This document shows, piece after piece, positions 62,477 to 64,000 of a stretch of 64,000 nucleotides of DNA. A program made the translations under genes and the position numbers. Origin of the DNA: Octopus sinensis. Lineage: Eukaryota. How positions within the stretch are numbered: the stretch's first letter is position 1; every line of letters starts with the position of its first letter. Below the pieces are notes generated by a model. That model ran no database searches. It had not been told where the DNA came from and saw only the letters and a list, made by a program, of their open reading frames with translations. The stretch covers positions 5,084,001 to 5,148,000 of the forward strand of contig NC_043021.1 of NCBI RefSeq assembly GCF_006345805.1, written 5' to 3'.

Positions 62477-63289
62477 TATAATATATATATATAATCATTT
62501 AAACATTATATACACTTAAATTTCAATGTGGTTTGTCTTTGATCCATTCTTTCAGTTTTTATGAAACCCTAAGATGGTCAGTCTTGATCAACCGAGTCCC
62601 CTCATGACCATCCAATTTTTCTTTTTTTTTTTTTTCTGCATGAGATGTACATTGTTCAACATTCCCCATTATCTTTGAAAAACTAAGGTACAGTATTTGA
62701 GGGAGACTTGATGGCTATTTCCAGTTAGAGTGATAAAGACCTCTCCTGCTCTTATTGGCTTTGGTTAAATGCTGCATTTTCCCTAAATATTGTTTGTATT
62801 GTTCATTAATTTATTTATTAATCTATACATAATTAATCTTCAGTTTCACAATTTAGCAGCCATTGTTCTCTTACAGCAAGGATGAGTCTGGAACAAGCAT
62901 TTCTATAATAAATGTTTTTTTGTTATTTAACCTTACGTCAACCAGTGATCAAAAGTTTTCCAACCATGACCTTTCCATCTTTATGTTTGTATCTTGGATT
63001 ACATCTAATGGGTCTGTTTTTAAAACTGTAGGATGTGATTTAACCTTTTTGATAACATATTTCTATTAAAATTCACTGCCTTTTGTTTCAGTTAATTTTA
63101 TCATTTACTTGTTTGTTGTTAGACTGTGGCCATGCTGGTTCACAACCATGAAAAGATTTTAGTCCAACAAATCAACCCCAGTACTTTTTTTTTTGAGCCA
63201 GGTACTTACACGAGTCTCTTTTGCTGAATTGCTAAGTTACAGAGACATAAATAAACCAACACCAGTTATCAAGCAGTGGTAGGGAGCAA

Positions 63290-63321
<32 letters not shown>

Positions 63322-63691
63322 TTACTTGTTTCAGTCATGTGACTGTGGCCATGCTGGAGCACCGCCTTTAGTCGAGCAAATCGACCCCAGGACTTATTCT
63401 TTGTAAGCCTAGTACTTACTCTATTGGTCTCTTTTGCCAAACCACTAAGTTACGGGGACGTAAACACACCAGCATCGGTTGTCAAGCGATGTTGGGGGGA
63501 CAAATGCAGACACATACACACACACACACATATATACGACAGGCTTCTTTCAGTTTCCGCCTACCAAATCCACTCACAAGGCTTTGGTCGGCCCAAGGCT
63601 ATAGTAGAAGACACTTGCCCAAGGTGCCACGCAGTGGGACTGAACCCGGAACCATGTGGTTGGTAAACAAGCTACTTACCACACAGCCACT
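63322..63691 (-). mobile_element. SINE-A
   Basis: Near full-length match. Confidence 0.9.
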
Positions 63692-63728
63692 ACTAAGCCT
63701 ATATATATATATAACTGAAAAAATTTAG

Positions 63729-63772
<44 letters not shown>

Positions 63773-64000
63773 TGTGCTTTTTCAGTTTCTGTCTACCAAA
63801 TCCATTCACAAGGCTTTGGTCAGCCTAAAGCTGTTGTAGAGGAGACTTTCCCAAGGTGCCATGCAGTAGAACTGAATTGGAAACATGGTTGGGAAACTTC
63901 TTACCACACAGCTATGCCTGTGCCTAAAAAATGACCAGCCCCAGTGGAGTTTTGAAACTTATTGAATTCTCATCAGATATCTACATTAATTTGACCAATC

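Noticed and set aside
62877-62910. Possible next or last exon of the + gene (acceptor CTCTTACAG; would add ARMSLEQAFL* then AATAAA)
   Set aside because: Phase-compatible, but one of several possible acceptors; cannot be chosen without transcript or homology data.

Overview
AT-rich, repeat-saturated eukaryotic genomic DNA. The SINE repertoire resembles that of octopus; this is inferred from recalled repeat families, not from a search. Only one host coding exon is well supported: a 2448-bp, phase 1-1, + strand exon at 49897-52344 encoding 816 codons of a mostly low-complexity protein I cannot name. The rest is intron-like or intergenic DNA. It holds at least five SINE or SINE-like families, ~220-bp TTAA-flanked piggyBac-type MITEs, a hAT MITE, non-autonomous Helitrons plus a decayed Helitron Rep, CR1, RTE and Tc1 relics, several Penelope-like terminal repeats with hammerhead-ribozyme-like cores, and many microsatellites. 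A 100-N gap at 1493-1592 is flanked by a near-identical ~1-kb duplication that is probably an assembly artefact. The best leads are: (i) the frame-symmetric exon is bracketed about 190 nt on each side by inverted copies of one MITE, a circRNA-like layout; (ii) an RTE-tailed SINE-like element carries a variable array of ~63-nt units with predicted H-type pseudoknots; (iii) hammerhead-bearing fold-back elements, and a tRNA-headed SINE with a hammerhead-like tail; (iv) SINE-CR1 chimeras. Family letters (SINE-A to E, MITE-A to C) are my own labels. Repeat boundaries are read by eye and may be off by a few bases. Nearly all ORFs in the supplied track are repeat-derived noise.
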